A DNA stretch of 64,000 bases, taken from Octopus bimaculoides (Eukaryota). Location: positions 30,158,475 to 30,222,474 of the forward strand of contig NC_068992.1 of assembly GCF_001194135.2 (NCBI RefSeq), written 5' to 3'. The notes beneath the pieces were generated by a model that worked only from the letters and a program-made list of their open reading frames with translations, did not search any database and was not told where the DNA came from. The position numbers and the translations under genes were made by a program. This document shows, piece after piece, positions 12,127-23,962 of the stretch (its first letter is position 1; each line of letters opens with the position of its first letter).

Positions 12127-12400
12127 TGGTCGTAGCGAGATAGCAAGCGTTCTAGTTTCATCAACAATAAAACAAGACAAGGAATGACGACCAGGTGGTA
12201 GTAGAGGACGGAAGCGATATACGCTTTCACCACCTCTGCCTGGCCATTCAGGGGCAGCTTCATCTCTGCCGTTTCTGAGTGAGACTGACCATCATGCCCG
12301 TCACCTCCCCTAGCTCTTGTCTTGGTTGTCCAAACAGAACCAAACGCATAGCAATTCGAACGGCCCTTATTTCCAGCATCATAGTACATGTGAATAATGC
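12127..12400 (-). mobile_element. L1/Tx1-like LINE, upstream part of the element at 11173-11880
   Basis: LPLNGQAEVVKAYIASVLYYHLVVIPC...KLERLL matches the post-RT region typical of L1/Tx1 ORF2 (LSL.GRA.V....IAS..YY......P). Confidence 0.65.
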
Positions 12401-13596
12401 ATATATCGGTTTCTGTGTGTAAAGCTATAATATCATATGATTACATTAGACGTATTATGAAAACATGGACATCGGTGCAGTCTGCGTCCAGTATGCAGTA
12501 CCACACCTAGCACTAAAAGCGTTTTTACAGACCCTCATGAGGTAATAGTTTTGATATTCATCTGAATGGTCTTTGTGCAATACATAGTTGCCCACGCATA
12601 ACAATATCTGAAAAATATCATGTAATGGGCGAGTGAATAAATGATATGTATTGTACAGATAAACTGTTCACCATATGATTATTATTTTTTTTCTTTTTTC
12701 TAAATTAGGAAACACAGTGCGGAACATGGCAGAACATTCAGATCTTGCCTCCTGGGTATAGAATCTCATTTGTTTCATCTCATAGGGCACTGGCTTATAT
12801 ATAAACAGAATTACATAAAAAAAGAGGAAAGAAATAGAAAAACGTTCTGTGCTAAGATTTTACAAGACAAAAGAAACATATCCGATACCACAAATCCAAT
12901 TGATTCTAGTCTTAGCAAGATTCTTTATTTGTGTTTCCTGGCTAGAACATATACATGCAATCAGAGGTGTAAACGGTATATAGAGATAAAACAAATGTTA
13001 TCACTCTCACGTGGACACTCACATTCATGCAGTTAAGAGACATGTGCACCTATTCTATGAATACAAGTATATTATCACACAACTATGTATATGCAGTCGA
13101 TAACTACAAAACAGGTGTAAATAGACACACATTCACAAATACGTCGAAACATCTGGAATAAATAGAAAATATTGTTATTTCGTAGTGACTGACACGACTG
13201 AATTCTGCAAATATCCTTTGGTAATCTTAAATAAAAATATACATGTATTCGCATAAACAAATATTACCACAAACACGTTCGTGGGCTCAAGTCCCGAGGA
13301 CAGCATTGGAATTATTCCATCCAAAGTGTGTTTCTCAATATTTAGACGCTATTAATCACAATATATCTCCTTCAACAATCAATGTTCCATAACAAAATAA
13401 TTTCATGTTTGCTTTGAAGCTTATAATTTTTTTAATAATATTAATAGTATACAATTCTCGCTGGATAAATTGGGAGGACTACGTTAGTCCAATCGTAGAA
13501 GACCTGTTCTGTTTTCAAAACATGTCGACCCGAGGCCTACGTATGGCTTTCAAAGTTTTCGATACGAAAAGAATTCTTTTCAAACCAATATTTGCA

Positions 13597-13785
13597 TGGT
13601 AGGTTGATAGACTCTTTAGCACTTCGGGCAAATGAGTAACGCTATTTCGTCCGTCTTTACGTTTTCTGAGTTGCGCTTCCGTAGTAGTCGACTTTCCCGT
13701 TCATCGTTAGAGATCGATACAAAAAAGTACCAGTCGAGCCCTGGGGTCGATGTAATCGATTTTCCCCATTCCCCGAAATCTGAGA
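13597..13785 (+). mobile_element. tRNA-derived SINE (family B)
   Basis: Shares atttcgtc(c/t)gt.tttacgtt, gtcgacttt and aagtaccagt...gtcga..taatcga blocks with copies at 62877-63050 (+) and 49565-49700 (-). Confidence 0.8.
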
Positions 13786-14469
13786 CCAATATTTACAAGC
13801 TGTTGTTTACAGTAAATTTGCTTTAAGATCCAACATTCGAAAAAATAATTATTACATATTATCTTGAATTCTATAAAAAAGTTTGATGACGTCAACATAA
13901 TCTTACTGATTTAGATGTTTGGAAGAATAAATAAAGTGTATATGCAATTATGGAAGGTAGCTTCTCTGGAGACCTGAGCACCTCTTTGAAATATGTGAGA
14001 TATAAAATAGTTATGGACAAATGCATTGAAATATTCACTCTCTCTACCGGGTTTACAGATCTACTCTGCTCATAAGCTCTGGGTGGTAATTTATAATAAC
14101 TAACTTTAAAAGGCAGATGAATCTATTGATTTATGAAAGTTAATTCATTATGAAATTTGATTTGGCAATGAACCTGAACACCTGCTGGCAAAAGATTAGA
14201 GAATCAAGTGTTAAGAGAGAAAGTGTTGAGGACAGAGAAAAGGAAAAAGGGAAACAGAGAGAAAAATGAAGCGAATGAGGTGTAAAGTGAGATAGTTGGT
14301 AAGCTCCCAACTATCAATATAGTAAGCGTAAATACCAGATTCTTGCATTCTCTCCATGTCTTGTAATTCAGACCCTTTCATTGTTCCAGCAGAAAGAATG
14401 GAAAAGGCGTTGCGATGGATGATGGTAACGGAGATGTGCTGGTTCAGCTACGCTGATTTACTGAGTTAG

Positions 14470-16130
14470 CACTTGCGTACTACTATCTCCACCCCGATAG
14501 CAGAGAGCAGCCTCAACCATAAACCTTTCAGAAGGCGACGATACTTTGACAATTTGTCGAACAGCGAAGCCATAGCTGATAGATGAATAGACCTAGCTGC
14601 CGGTGGAGAAGGTCTCGCAAAGTGTGACATCACAAGTGAGGTGATTACCGACACGGAACGAGAGTATTATCATACTGTCAGGCATCTTACCATCCCCTCA
14701 GTCTAGCCATGCTGCCTCGAACTGCGGTGTACACGTCATGCCTTGTGATCTTGTTAAGGGTGGCATGATGTGAAAGGCACCCAGCACTATGATGACATGA
14801 CAATCGGTGCATGCTGAAAGAAACCACATTGGATCCGCAACGGTATTGGAGAGGCTTACACATCTGAAGGCCACACTTTGGGAGACGCTAATGCACAAAC
14901 AGTCGCTATCAAGGTGAGTGCCAGTGGCAAGTGATGGCACTGCATAAGGTTCTGAAGCTGACAGAAAACATGTCATACGGCTGTAGTAAAATCGCAGCAA
15001 TAACTCATCTGAAATCATGCAACACTGGATAGAGTTTCGTATTTTTTCTAGAGGACCGGATGTCTACAGAAGCGAGAAGTGAGCAGGGCGCAGGCCGAGA
15101 TGGCTTCACTCGCGTAGGTCACTTTGCGCTTCCTGAACACACTACGTTCATTTGTGTTGTGAAGAACCCAGTTAATGAAGACACAAGAAGTTATAGATGA
15201 GAGAATAGCAGGCAGAGCCAGTGGGGCCGGATATCTATGGCCAAGGTCGCCATATTTCACAAGTGTACTGGCAATCCAGTATCGTCGAAGCGAACCCTGA
15301 AAATCCTTTCGGAGGTCCGTTGGATATAGGCGTTGTGTTATGTGAGGGGAGATACCAAGTTGAAGCCCTATTTCAAGAAATACACCGGGATGAATTCTCC
15401 TGCACCTGGTGAAGTAGTAAACCCACGTATGAGAATGAGGCTGTGAAGCCTTTTGCGTCGTCATTAAGATTCACGACCTCCGACTTGGAGGAATTAATGT
15501 TGAGGCCGATCTTCGCTAGAGCGGAAAACCCTGATCGGAAATCATGGCAGACAATCTAACGGCGGACCTATTGTTTTCCATGTCAAGCTCCACAATGAGA
15601 TACTTAGAATCGCTCGATATCTGCTTCAGGGTAGAAAACTGGGAACGCACGAAAGAGAGGAGTGCAGCATATTCGGACACTCTAAGTATTGGTGTCTGCC
15701 CGAAGTACGATATTTTGGCCTTACCTTGGACAGGCCATCTCTATCGGCGATGGTTTGGGGATGACCAAGGGATCTTAAGAGGGATTTTATGAAGCCTTCC
15801 GATCCGGGTAATGTGGACGAGTGTGGGCTGGGCGTCAGGCAGGCATGCCGTCTCATCTGAGAGTATAGTTAATGGCCGCTGCCGCGCTGCTGAGAGATTT
15901 TATGAGCTGCTGCATCTCCACATTAAGAGTGCTTTCAAGGGACGACGAGTCAAGCCGACTCACGAGAGATGATAGAAACAACCACATCCTGGAAAGTTGT
16001 TGCCTCTCTTCAAGTTGTTGGTTATAGCATACGTGCTGCAGGTAGTTCGTTGTATGCATAAGAGTAGGACGTACAGTCAGGAGTGGAGCAGCGAATGACA
16101 TGAGGGCATCGGCGCCCTCATGTGTGGGGA
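14470..16130 (-). mobile_element. CRE-clade non-LTR retrotransposon remnant (RT C-terminus, zinc finger/REL region)
   Basis: GC-richer island. Minus translation has AKIGLNINSSKSEVV (late RT motif), VKYGDLGHRYPAPLALPAILSS (CRE-type LP.R.GGLG....ALPAFLSS) and AVPSLATGTHLDSDCLCISV (ALPS...GT.LD...RIAV). Many frameshifts. Confidence 0.7.
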
Positions 16131-17795
16131 GTAACTGATTGGCATCCCGAAAGGTAGATGAGAGACCGGGGCTGAAATACAATCAGGTAATGGCTGCTGG
16201 ATTGGAGAGGACGAGGATCGAAACAGTACGGAAATCTGAGCAAAGGGGAAAAATAAAAAAAGGAGAAAAGTGTTAAGAAAGGGGAAGTAAAAAGTAAAAC
16301 GTAAGACAGGAGAAAAAAAGAAATGTGTGAAGAGGAAAAAGAAACAAATAGAAGCTTAATGAAGGAGTTCATGAAATATGCACCAATTTGAAAAATAAAA
16401 CCAATCGATACTTATTGAAATACAGGTATTATTTTGTAATTGCAAGTAACCGGAAAACCAAAAGTAAGCAACTAATTCCGTTTCACACTCTAAATCCCGG
16501 AGGAAGACATTTGCACCACATATTCTTACTGTTATCACCTGTAAAGTTGAAGCCTTCTTTGAAGATACAGATTTATAAAGTTAGTTTTACAGAACGCCTA
16601 GACTTTACTTAGAATAAATTTGCAACATTTCACTGAGGTTCATTTTGAGGTTTTTATATACTATCTTAGATTAAATAACTTATTTAAGAGAAAAGATATA
16701 TATGTGTGTATATATAAATATTCAGAGAATGTTAACAAAATAAGGAGGTGCGTAACGTGATGTTAAGTAATATGTTCAAAAAGATATGTTTATATAGAAG
16801 TACAAACAAAGGGAAAGAACGGAAAATACACGCATAGAATGTCGCTAAATCCACTTCAGTTATCGTCCACACGATCGCAACAATTTCATGCTTTTAACAA
16901 TAATATTGTCCCCATTTAGTGATGTCAGCGCCGAGATCCCACCAATGGGGAACGATATATATAATATATAATGTAAATACATACATAGGATGCATACTTA
17001 AATGTTTCAAATAAAATCAGATAAATAATTCTCAAGCACAAAAAAAAAAAAAATCGTAATAATGCGTTATTTATTTAAAATTGTGTCAGAAAATTAAAGC
17101 ATGTAAACTTTCATTCTGACGAAATTTCTATTTTATAAATAAACAGGAATTCGTCATAAACTCATACAAAATCAACAAAGAAAAGTATATAAACAATATA
17201 CAGCTTATTAGTAAGCTGAACGTATACAAATACGCAGTCGCTAATGTTATTGGTTCAAATCACAACCTTAAAGCATCGGACGTGCAAAGAAGTGAAGTAG
17301 TACGGCTCAATGTGTATTGTTTTGTAAAGAAACAAACAACAGAAAAAATATTTGAAAAGAAGTGTTATCAGGATATCAGCATAGCTTGTTTGATATCAAG
17401 ATTAAATAGCATGACATTTAAAGAGTTGAATACAGCATTGTGTAAGTCAAACTATATTACACAGATATGGAAAATGCGAACGTATGACTCGCAGAATCGA
17501 ACTGACCTCTTTGTTATCAGTGATATAGCTTGACATTTTTAAAAGTATAATATATTCTACTTCATTGGGGGAAAGCGTAATTGATTGTCACTTAGATTGA
17601 AACGAAAGAAATCAATAGCAGTCACGGCTGACAACTTTCAGTAAACATCCACGGGTTGTTGATAAAAGTTACATTGAATGATTAAGCAATGTTACTCCCA
17701 GTGGGATCATACATTTAACAAAAGAATATTTATGAATATCTGTAAATGTATCAGCTTAATTTTTCACTCTTTCACACTGTACACGCATGCACACA

Positions 17796-17799
<4 letters not shown>

Positions 17800-17857
<58 letters not shown>

Positions 17858-17901
17858 TACACACACATACACACACACATACACACACACACACACACAC
17901 A
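17800..17901. repeat. (TC)n(AC)n compound microsatellite
   Basis: Direct reading. Confidence 0.95.
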
Positions 17902-19734
17902 GAGGAGAGAAGTATGAATTTACATATTCATATGTTTATTGTATTTATTCGAGTGATGTTTCAATTTGAGCGTATTGAATGACAACTCTCTACGGAAGAA
18001 AAAAATATTATATTATATAGGTTGTGTGACAATGCTAGCGACCTACACACCTTAGATCAACGGTATAAATTCTTCCACTTTAACTCCGTATATGTTCTGC
18101 GTGTCTAATGACACCAATGTATTTAGAGGTGAATAAGAAAGTATAAACTTATAAGCTTCCAATTGAAGACCGATATTATTGTTGTGGTTGATTTTGTCGA
18201 GTCAGCCGTTGTTATAAAAATCCATATCTAAAATTTTCTAGATTAACCAATATGTAGTTTTGTATATCTTTATCTAAATTGTCGTGAAGATTTCTTTACT
18301 TAGATGGTAGAATGCTATGTAAACGCGGGATCACGATTATTTATAGCATGTCAAGTGGCCGCCTAGATGCTGTAATTTGATTAAAGTTATATATGGGCTG
18401 AATTCAGAAACCATTCTGTATAACTGTACAGAACTGTTGATATTTCCCTTTTAGCATATTAAAATTTGTCTCATGCGTTGATTTATAATTTTATACGGAG
18501 AGTCTAACAAGGTTGAGAAGTAAAAGTTGAGTTCATATTTATCTTAGTAATGCTACATGAATATCATTTATTCATGCAAATCATCTCAGCGTCTATTCTA
18601 TGTGTCGAAACCTCTCTTTCGTGATACATGTTATTCATTTAAGGAAGACGATTTTGGAATACGATATTGAAGCAGATGAATCTGGGATTCTCTTTAAGTT
18701 AAATGCAAAAGGAAAGTGCAATTTAATTCTCTGGAATTAATTATCTATGATAGTTGCATTAAATAGATCGTGCTTATTTTCTTTAGCAAGTTCATTTCCC
18801 CAATTTCTTCCAAGTGAACATCCGATTATTCCTAATAGTAATATATTGTACATATGTTCAACGTGTGTTGCCTTCTAGCCATACACAAACACAAAACATG
18901 CAACACAACACACAATATTTCTGCATTTTGTTTCACGAAATAATTTAATGTTATGAAAGTTTATATATATGTAATTATTCGACAAATATAATATATTATG
19001 TATTTCCAGATTTAAAGGAAACACAAAACTGGGTTTTCTTTTCCTTTCGACATTTCCCACCATGTTGTTTGTTTACAGAACATTAACTGTATTAATTCCT
19101 TTTTTTTTTTTTTGCAATTATATCATATTCAAGCCAACAATAGTTGGCTTCCATTTCTATTTTAAAAACCAAATAAGATTTGGCCGGATTAGTGTGGAAT
19201 AACATCTAAATGCAATTAGAAGATTATATTATACATCAAGCTACATCCATTTAATTCTTAGAGCAAGTTGAAATACATAGTTCTAAACTTTTAAATTGGT
19301 TATGTGAATGACAATTTCGAAACACCTATCAAAATACTTTTGAGATGGAAGGATAAACATTATGAATAGGTATTACGATCTAGGCTTTGATACATATAAA
19401 TCAAGAGATTGTGCTGAATATCTGAATGACGCAGATGTCAGATTTTGTATTGAAGGAGCGAAACTTTATAGCATCGCACTAAATCCGTTTCAGATATACT
19501 TAAAATTCTTAGAACATCTCATTCCACATTCAGAACATGTGCATGTCTAAGTCTCTATATTAACTCTTTGTATATCCCTATCTTTCTCACATGCTATGAA
19601 CTATGTAACAGAAAACCTTTTTTTTTGAGGACATGGCATCAGGTGGCATTCCTTTTCAAAAGGCGAATGGATGTTGTGTGAAAGGTATTTAATATTTTCA
19701 TTAGTTTTTAAGGCCACGAGTTGTCAGATTATTT

Positions 19735-19850
19735 ACCGTGCTTGGCAAAATGCTAACTTTAAATTCTGAGTTCAAATTAGGCCGAGGTCGAGTTAATGAA
19801 GTAAGTACCAGTGTCCGCGTGATAAACTTCTTCCCTTGTCCAAACCAATA
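19735..19850 (+). mobile_element. Degenerate family-B SINE fragment
   Basis: ctgagttcaaatt..gccgaggtcga...taagtaccagt blocks shared with other family-B copies. Confidence 0.55.
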
Positions 19851-21499
19851 TTTTCGTTGGTTTTAGTGAGCATACATATTGTTCAAAGGTATACTATATC
19901 GGATTACCGGACGACACAATGATGGTTGGCCTATCATTGTCCCTGTTTGTGTGATCAGTAGGATCTGAGGCAAGACAGTATGAATACAAAACGATTGAAG
20001 CGGGTATAAACACTAAACCATTTGCGAGAGCTTCACTCCCTATCTCTTACAAATTTCACAAATGACTGAAGAGCTCGGTAAAAAAAAAAAACAACTTGCA
20101 TTGCGCAAGAAATATAATAAAAGTTTGTGACGATGTCACATCTGCGAAGATGGATGATTATGTAACTGGAAAAGAGCTGAATAATGTTTTTATTTCTATA
20201 CGTTAATGAACACAATATTTATGATCATGGCGTTACATATTACACTGTCGTGATAACATTAATGACCACATTGAGATTCCAGTGAATCACGCTTCTAACG
20301 TGGTTTGGTTCCTTAGTTTAATAAATTTCACTTCAGTTATACTTGAAATGTCAATAGAAAAGGCAGCAATGTCGTACATGCGATTTTCTCTCTCCTAATA
20401 CAATAGAACATTTGTACATAGAACAGATACTACTATTCACTTCATACAGATTTATCTTAATCTCATAAAAACAAATAATACTTTTCCAAAGGTTTCTTAT
20501 CACATTTATGCAAATCAATAAAATATTTATCAATGGTAGAAATTTATCTAATAATCTCAAAGGTCGCAGAGCGTTTTTTTTTTTTGCTGCATCCGTTTAA
20601 ACAAGGTAAATGGGGTAAGTTGAATGAAGATGTTGGTATTTAGATATATACACAATAATACTATGATCATGTGCATTGCAATAGATGATATACATCACGG
20701 TTAGAATTTAACCAATATATTACTAGGAAATCGATAAATGAAATAGATTCCAAATAATATTGTTTAATTCTCATCACTGAATTGAAACAGTATCTATTGT
20801 TGTTTGATACAACAAGCGGGAATCTTAACAGATTCTCAACACATATGAAACTAAAAGAATAAGACCAAAATGGATAGAAAACAGAAAACGATTAAAAATG
20901 CACCTTCAATTACAAAAAGAATGACCGAAGTACAAATCCTGCAAAGTATTTTTAAATCGCATATTTCAGACGCTCAAAGCTGAGTGATAATAACACTATA
21001 ATACATCTCTGTCTATCTTTCAGCACCGAAAAAACCGTAAAATATGACTGGTGCGCAAATGATTTATCCAAGAATTTGTTTACAATACAAGCTGAACGAA
21101 GTAATTTAATTAAATACAGTTTGTATAAGTGTACACAACTTGTGCATACACACAGACACAGACACACACACACGCGCGCATGCTCGCACACATGCACACA
21201 AAACACAACAGACGTACACAAACAGGTATATATTTTTAGTGATATGTTGTATCAGTACACAAAATACTTCTTAAAATTAAATTAAAGATTTGTCTAAATA
21301 TATACAGGTAAAAACAACCATAATCTGTATATTATAAGTTTAGTTTTTTCCTATGTTAACACTCCTACAAAAACCGCAATATACATTTAACAAAATATGT
21401 AAGATATATTGTTTTGGTAAAAACAGGATCATTTGAATGTAAGATGAGCGGTGCCATTATTCACTGTTCCTTCAAATGTTTTCAAGAGAATTCACATTT

Positions 21500-22420
21500 A
21501 GACAATGACGGAAATAGTTGACGCTGAAATAAGAGTTAAGCGAACAGATCTCCATAGAAACAGACTCTGAACGAAACTGGCAGCACTTATTGCAGTGAAC
21601 CAGTTACTTGACTAGAACTCACTCTTACACTATCTAGTTTACGTTTCCAGCAACGTTATCCGTTAAACAGAAAACGAGAAGGAATGACTTGCAGATTTAT
21701 TAATGGTAGTCATATATTAAATGCTTCGAATTGAATACAGGAGTGAAACATGCGTGTATTTTACCTCCTTTCCGTTAGCCCCAGTGTTAGTGTGGATGCT
21801 GAAGTAAGCAACATGATAGGAATGGCAAACACTATATCACTCTCGTGGGTGAAGAAGACTAAACATTTACAGAATAGTAAATCTAAGAAAACATAGTGAT
21901 GCTGCTGACAAAACAAAACTCCTCAAAAAGAACGTGAATTGCGAGAACAGGTAGACATGGGAAGCAGTATCAGTAAGTCTATGGAATTGCTACAGATGTA
22001 AAGTTTATTATTGGTGGTTGTGGTGTTACTGATCAAATTCTTTGTTGCTCAGGTACATATGGAATTCCCAACTTCTAACACAGAAACTAAATTGATCCAA
22101 CACACAGAGACTAGTTTGATCATATCACACGTTAATATAGTCCTAGATAATATAGACGGAATTAAAGTGCAATTCTTCAGAGTAAACTGCCTTTGGGAAA
22201 ACCTCTGCATTCACTCTCCAAAGGAGATTAACGACCTGGATCATGTACAAAAATACCGCAAAGTACCGGCTACATTAATGATGAGGAGTAGGTTGCGATA
22301 TATTGGATACAGGCAACTCAGAAGATTTACGAGCGCTACTGGATAACCCCTTACCTGGAATACCGAACAGAAATGGTGATGCTAGGAGTCAATAATTAAG
22401 TGACACAGGCTATAATCAAA
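21500..22420 (+). mobile_element. Highly decayed LINE fragments (RTE-like then CR1/L2-like RT C-terminus)
   Basis: VSVDAEVSNMIGMAN (~21785-21830) and HSPKEINDLDHVQK...YER...LEYR (~22210-22365) resemble LINE post-RT motifs. Weak. Confidence 0.35.
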
Positions 22421-22729
22421 TAACAAGATACCAAACATGAAATAACCAACGAACATGGTTCTCAATACATGTGAAGATGGAGATGTGTACATGGGTGAGA
22501 ATCATTTCATTATTGCTAGTTAGATCATTTAAAAGAACTTAATGTATTATATATCTCAACATTTCTATACTGACAGTGATCCCTTTAAATAATGTAAGTG
22601 ACTTTAGCGATTACCGTTATCTTGCTCTTAAATTGTCGAAGCTGTAGTGACCAGTTCTAGCTATCATTAGTCAAATTCGCATTAAGGCTGCCGGATTCCA
22701 CAACAAAAATATTTGTCCTGTCATTTCAG

Positions 22730-22791
22730 ATACTTGAATTAAAATTCCAGTACGGAGTAGGCAGTGAATTTTATTATTCCTGCAATAAACG
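22730..22791 (+). CDS. Candidate isolated 62-nt internal exon (ILELKFQYGVGSEFYYSCNK)
   Basis: Acceptor tttgtcctgtcatttcag| and donor ACG|gtaagc. Only one frame is open. Slight Sushi/CCP-like look (GS...YSC). No partner exons identified. Confidence 0.2.
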
Positions 22792-23145
22792 GTAAGCATC
22801 ACTTGTCGAATCGAATTGTTTATAGTTGGTCTCTTCCAAAGAGAGTATTTAAACATGTCGATATTTTTAAAGACAACGAAACAATGTAGAACTAATAATA
22901 TATTTCTAGGATTAGACTTACACCTGCCTCTTTTAAACGGTCGATATTTTTGCTTCATTATTCCGAAACTATATTTAATTCCTTAGGAAATATTTTATTT
23001 CTTAAATGGATTTGTAACTCACGTTATTGCCACTAATGTTGACAGATATGTTTGACTGGTAAACACGGCTCAAACGTATTTATCATCAGAAAGCACTCCA
23101 GATTAGAACCGCGTTTCTTTTTAATTTGCTATTTAGGTGTTTATC

Positions 23146-23146
23146 G

Positions 23147-23211
<65 letters not shown>

Positions 23212-23223
23212 CATATATAACTA

Positions 23224-23254
<31 letters not shown>

Positions 23255-23280
23255 GTCTATGTATATGTGTCTGTCTGTGT
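23146..23280. repeat. (TATC)n/(TGTC)n tetranucleotide microsatellite
   Basis: Direct reading. Confidence 0.95.
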
Positions 23281-23839
23281 ATATATAAATAATCAGAGAA
23301 TGGGGAAAACCTCAGATCCACAAGCACGTCATGTGGACCACATTTATAGCTTATTATTTAATACAAAACATAGCATGGCATTTATGTGACATAACAAATT
23401 TTACGGTGATTTCCGCAGCCGGCGCCGATCAATGTTTACAAATAATTGCGAAAATAAAATTCTACATCTTCATAGGACATTTGAATCTGGGTACGGTGCT
23501 TCATCAGAGTAAAACAAAAGTAACCAAGATAAAGAAAAGTAAGCAGGAATAGGAAAGAAAACATGGTCTAGAAAAGAAGTCTGGAAGTCCAAGATATTAA
23601 AAGCATATATGAAGCAACGATGTCCAATCGATGTGCTTCTTTCCTCGATTTTCTGATTGTTTATAATTGTTTCCTGATAAAGTTTTGTTTATTCTGCTGT
23701 TACCTTACTCTACGAGCATAGTGTGCCTGCATACACATGCCCAGAGATAACATGGATATCGATAGTATATATAGTGATAGTATATACGGATATTTAATCC
23801 CTTAGTCGGTTATTATAACAGCTAACTCTGCTTACATTT

Positions 23840-23840
<1 letters not shown>

Positions 23841-23912
<72 letters not shown>

Positions 23913-23962
23913 ACACACAAACACACACACACGCACACACACACACACACACACGCACACAC
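23841..23962. repeat. (AC)n microsatellite
   Basis: Direct reading. Confidence 0.95.

Noticed and set aside
13448-13598. Apparent exon with an EF-hand-like phrase (LRMAFKVFD) and gtaggt donor
   Set aside because: The donor is the start of a family-B SINE, the upstream part resembles SINE debris, and the EF loop residues are missing.
22341-22368. Second AG|GTAAG recursive-site-like motif on the minus strand
   Set aside because: The pyrimidine tract is interrupted and the motif lies inside a LINE remnant.
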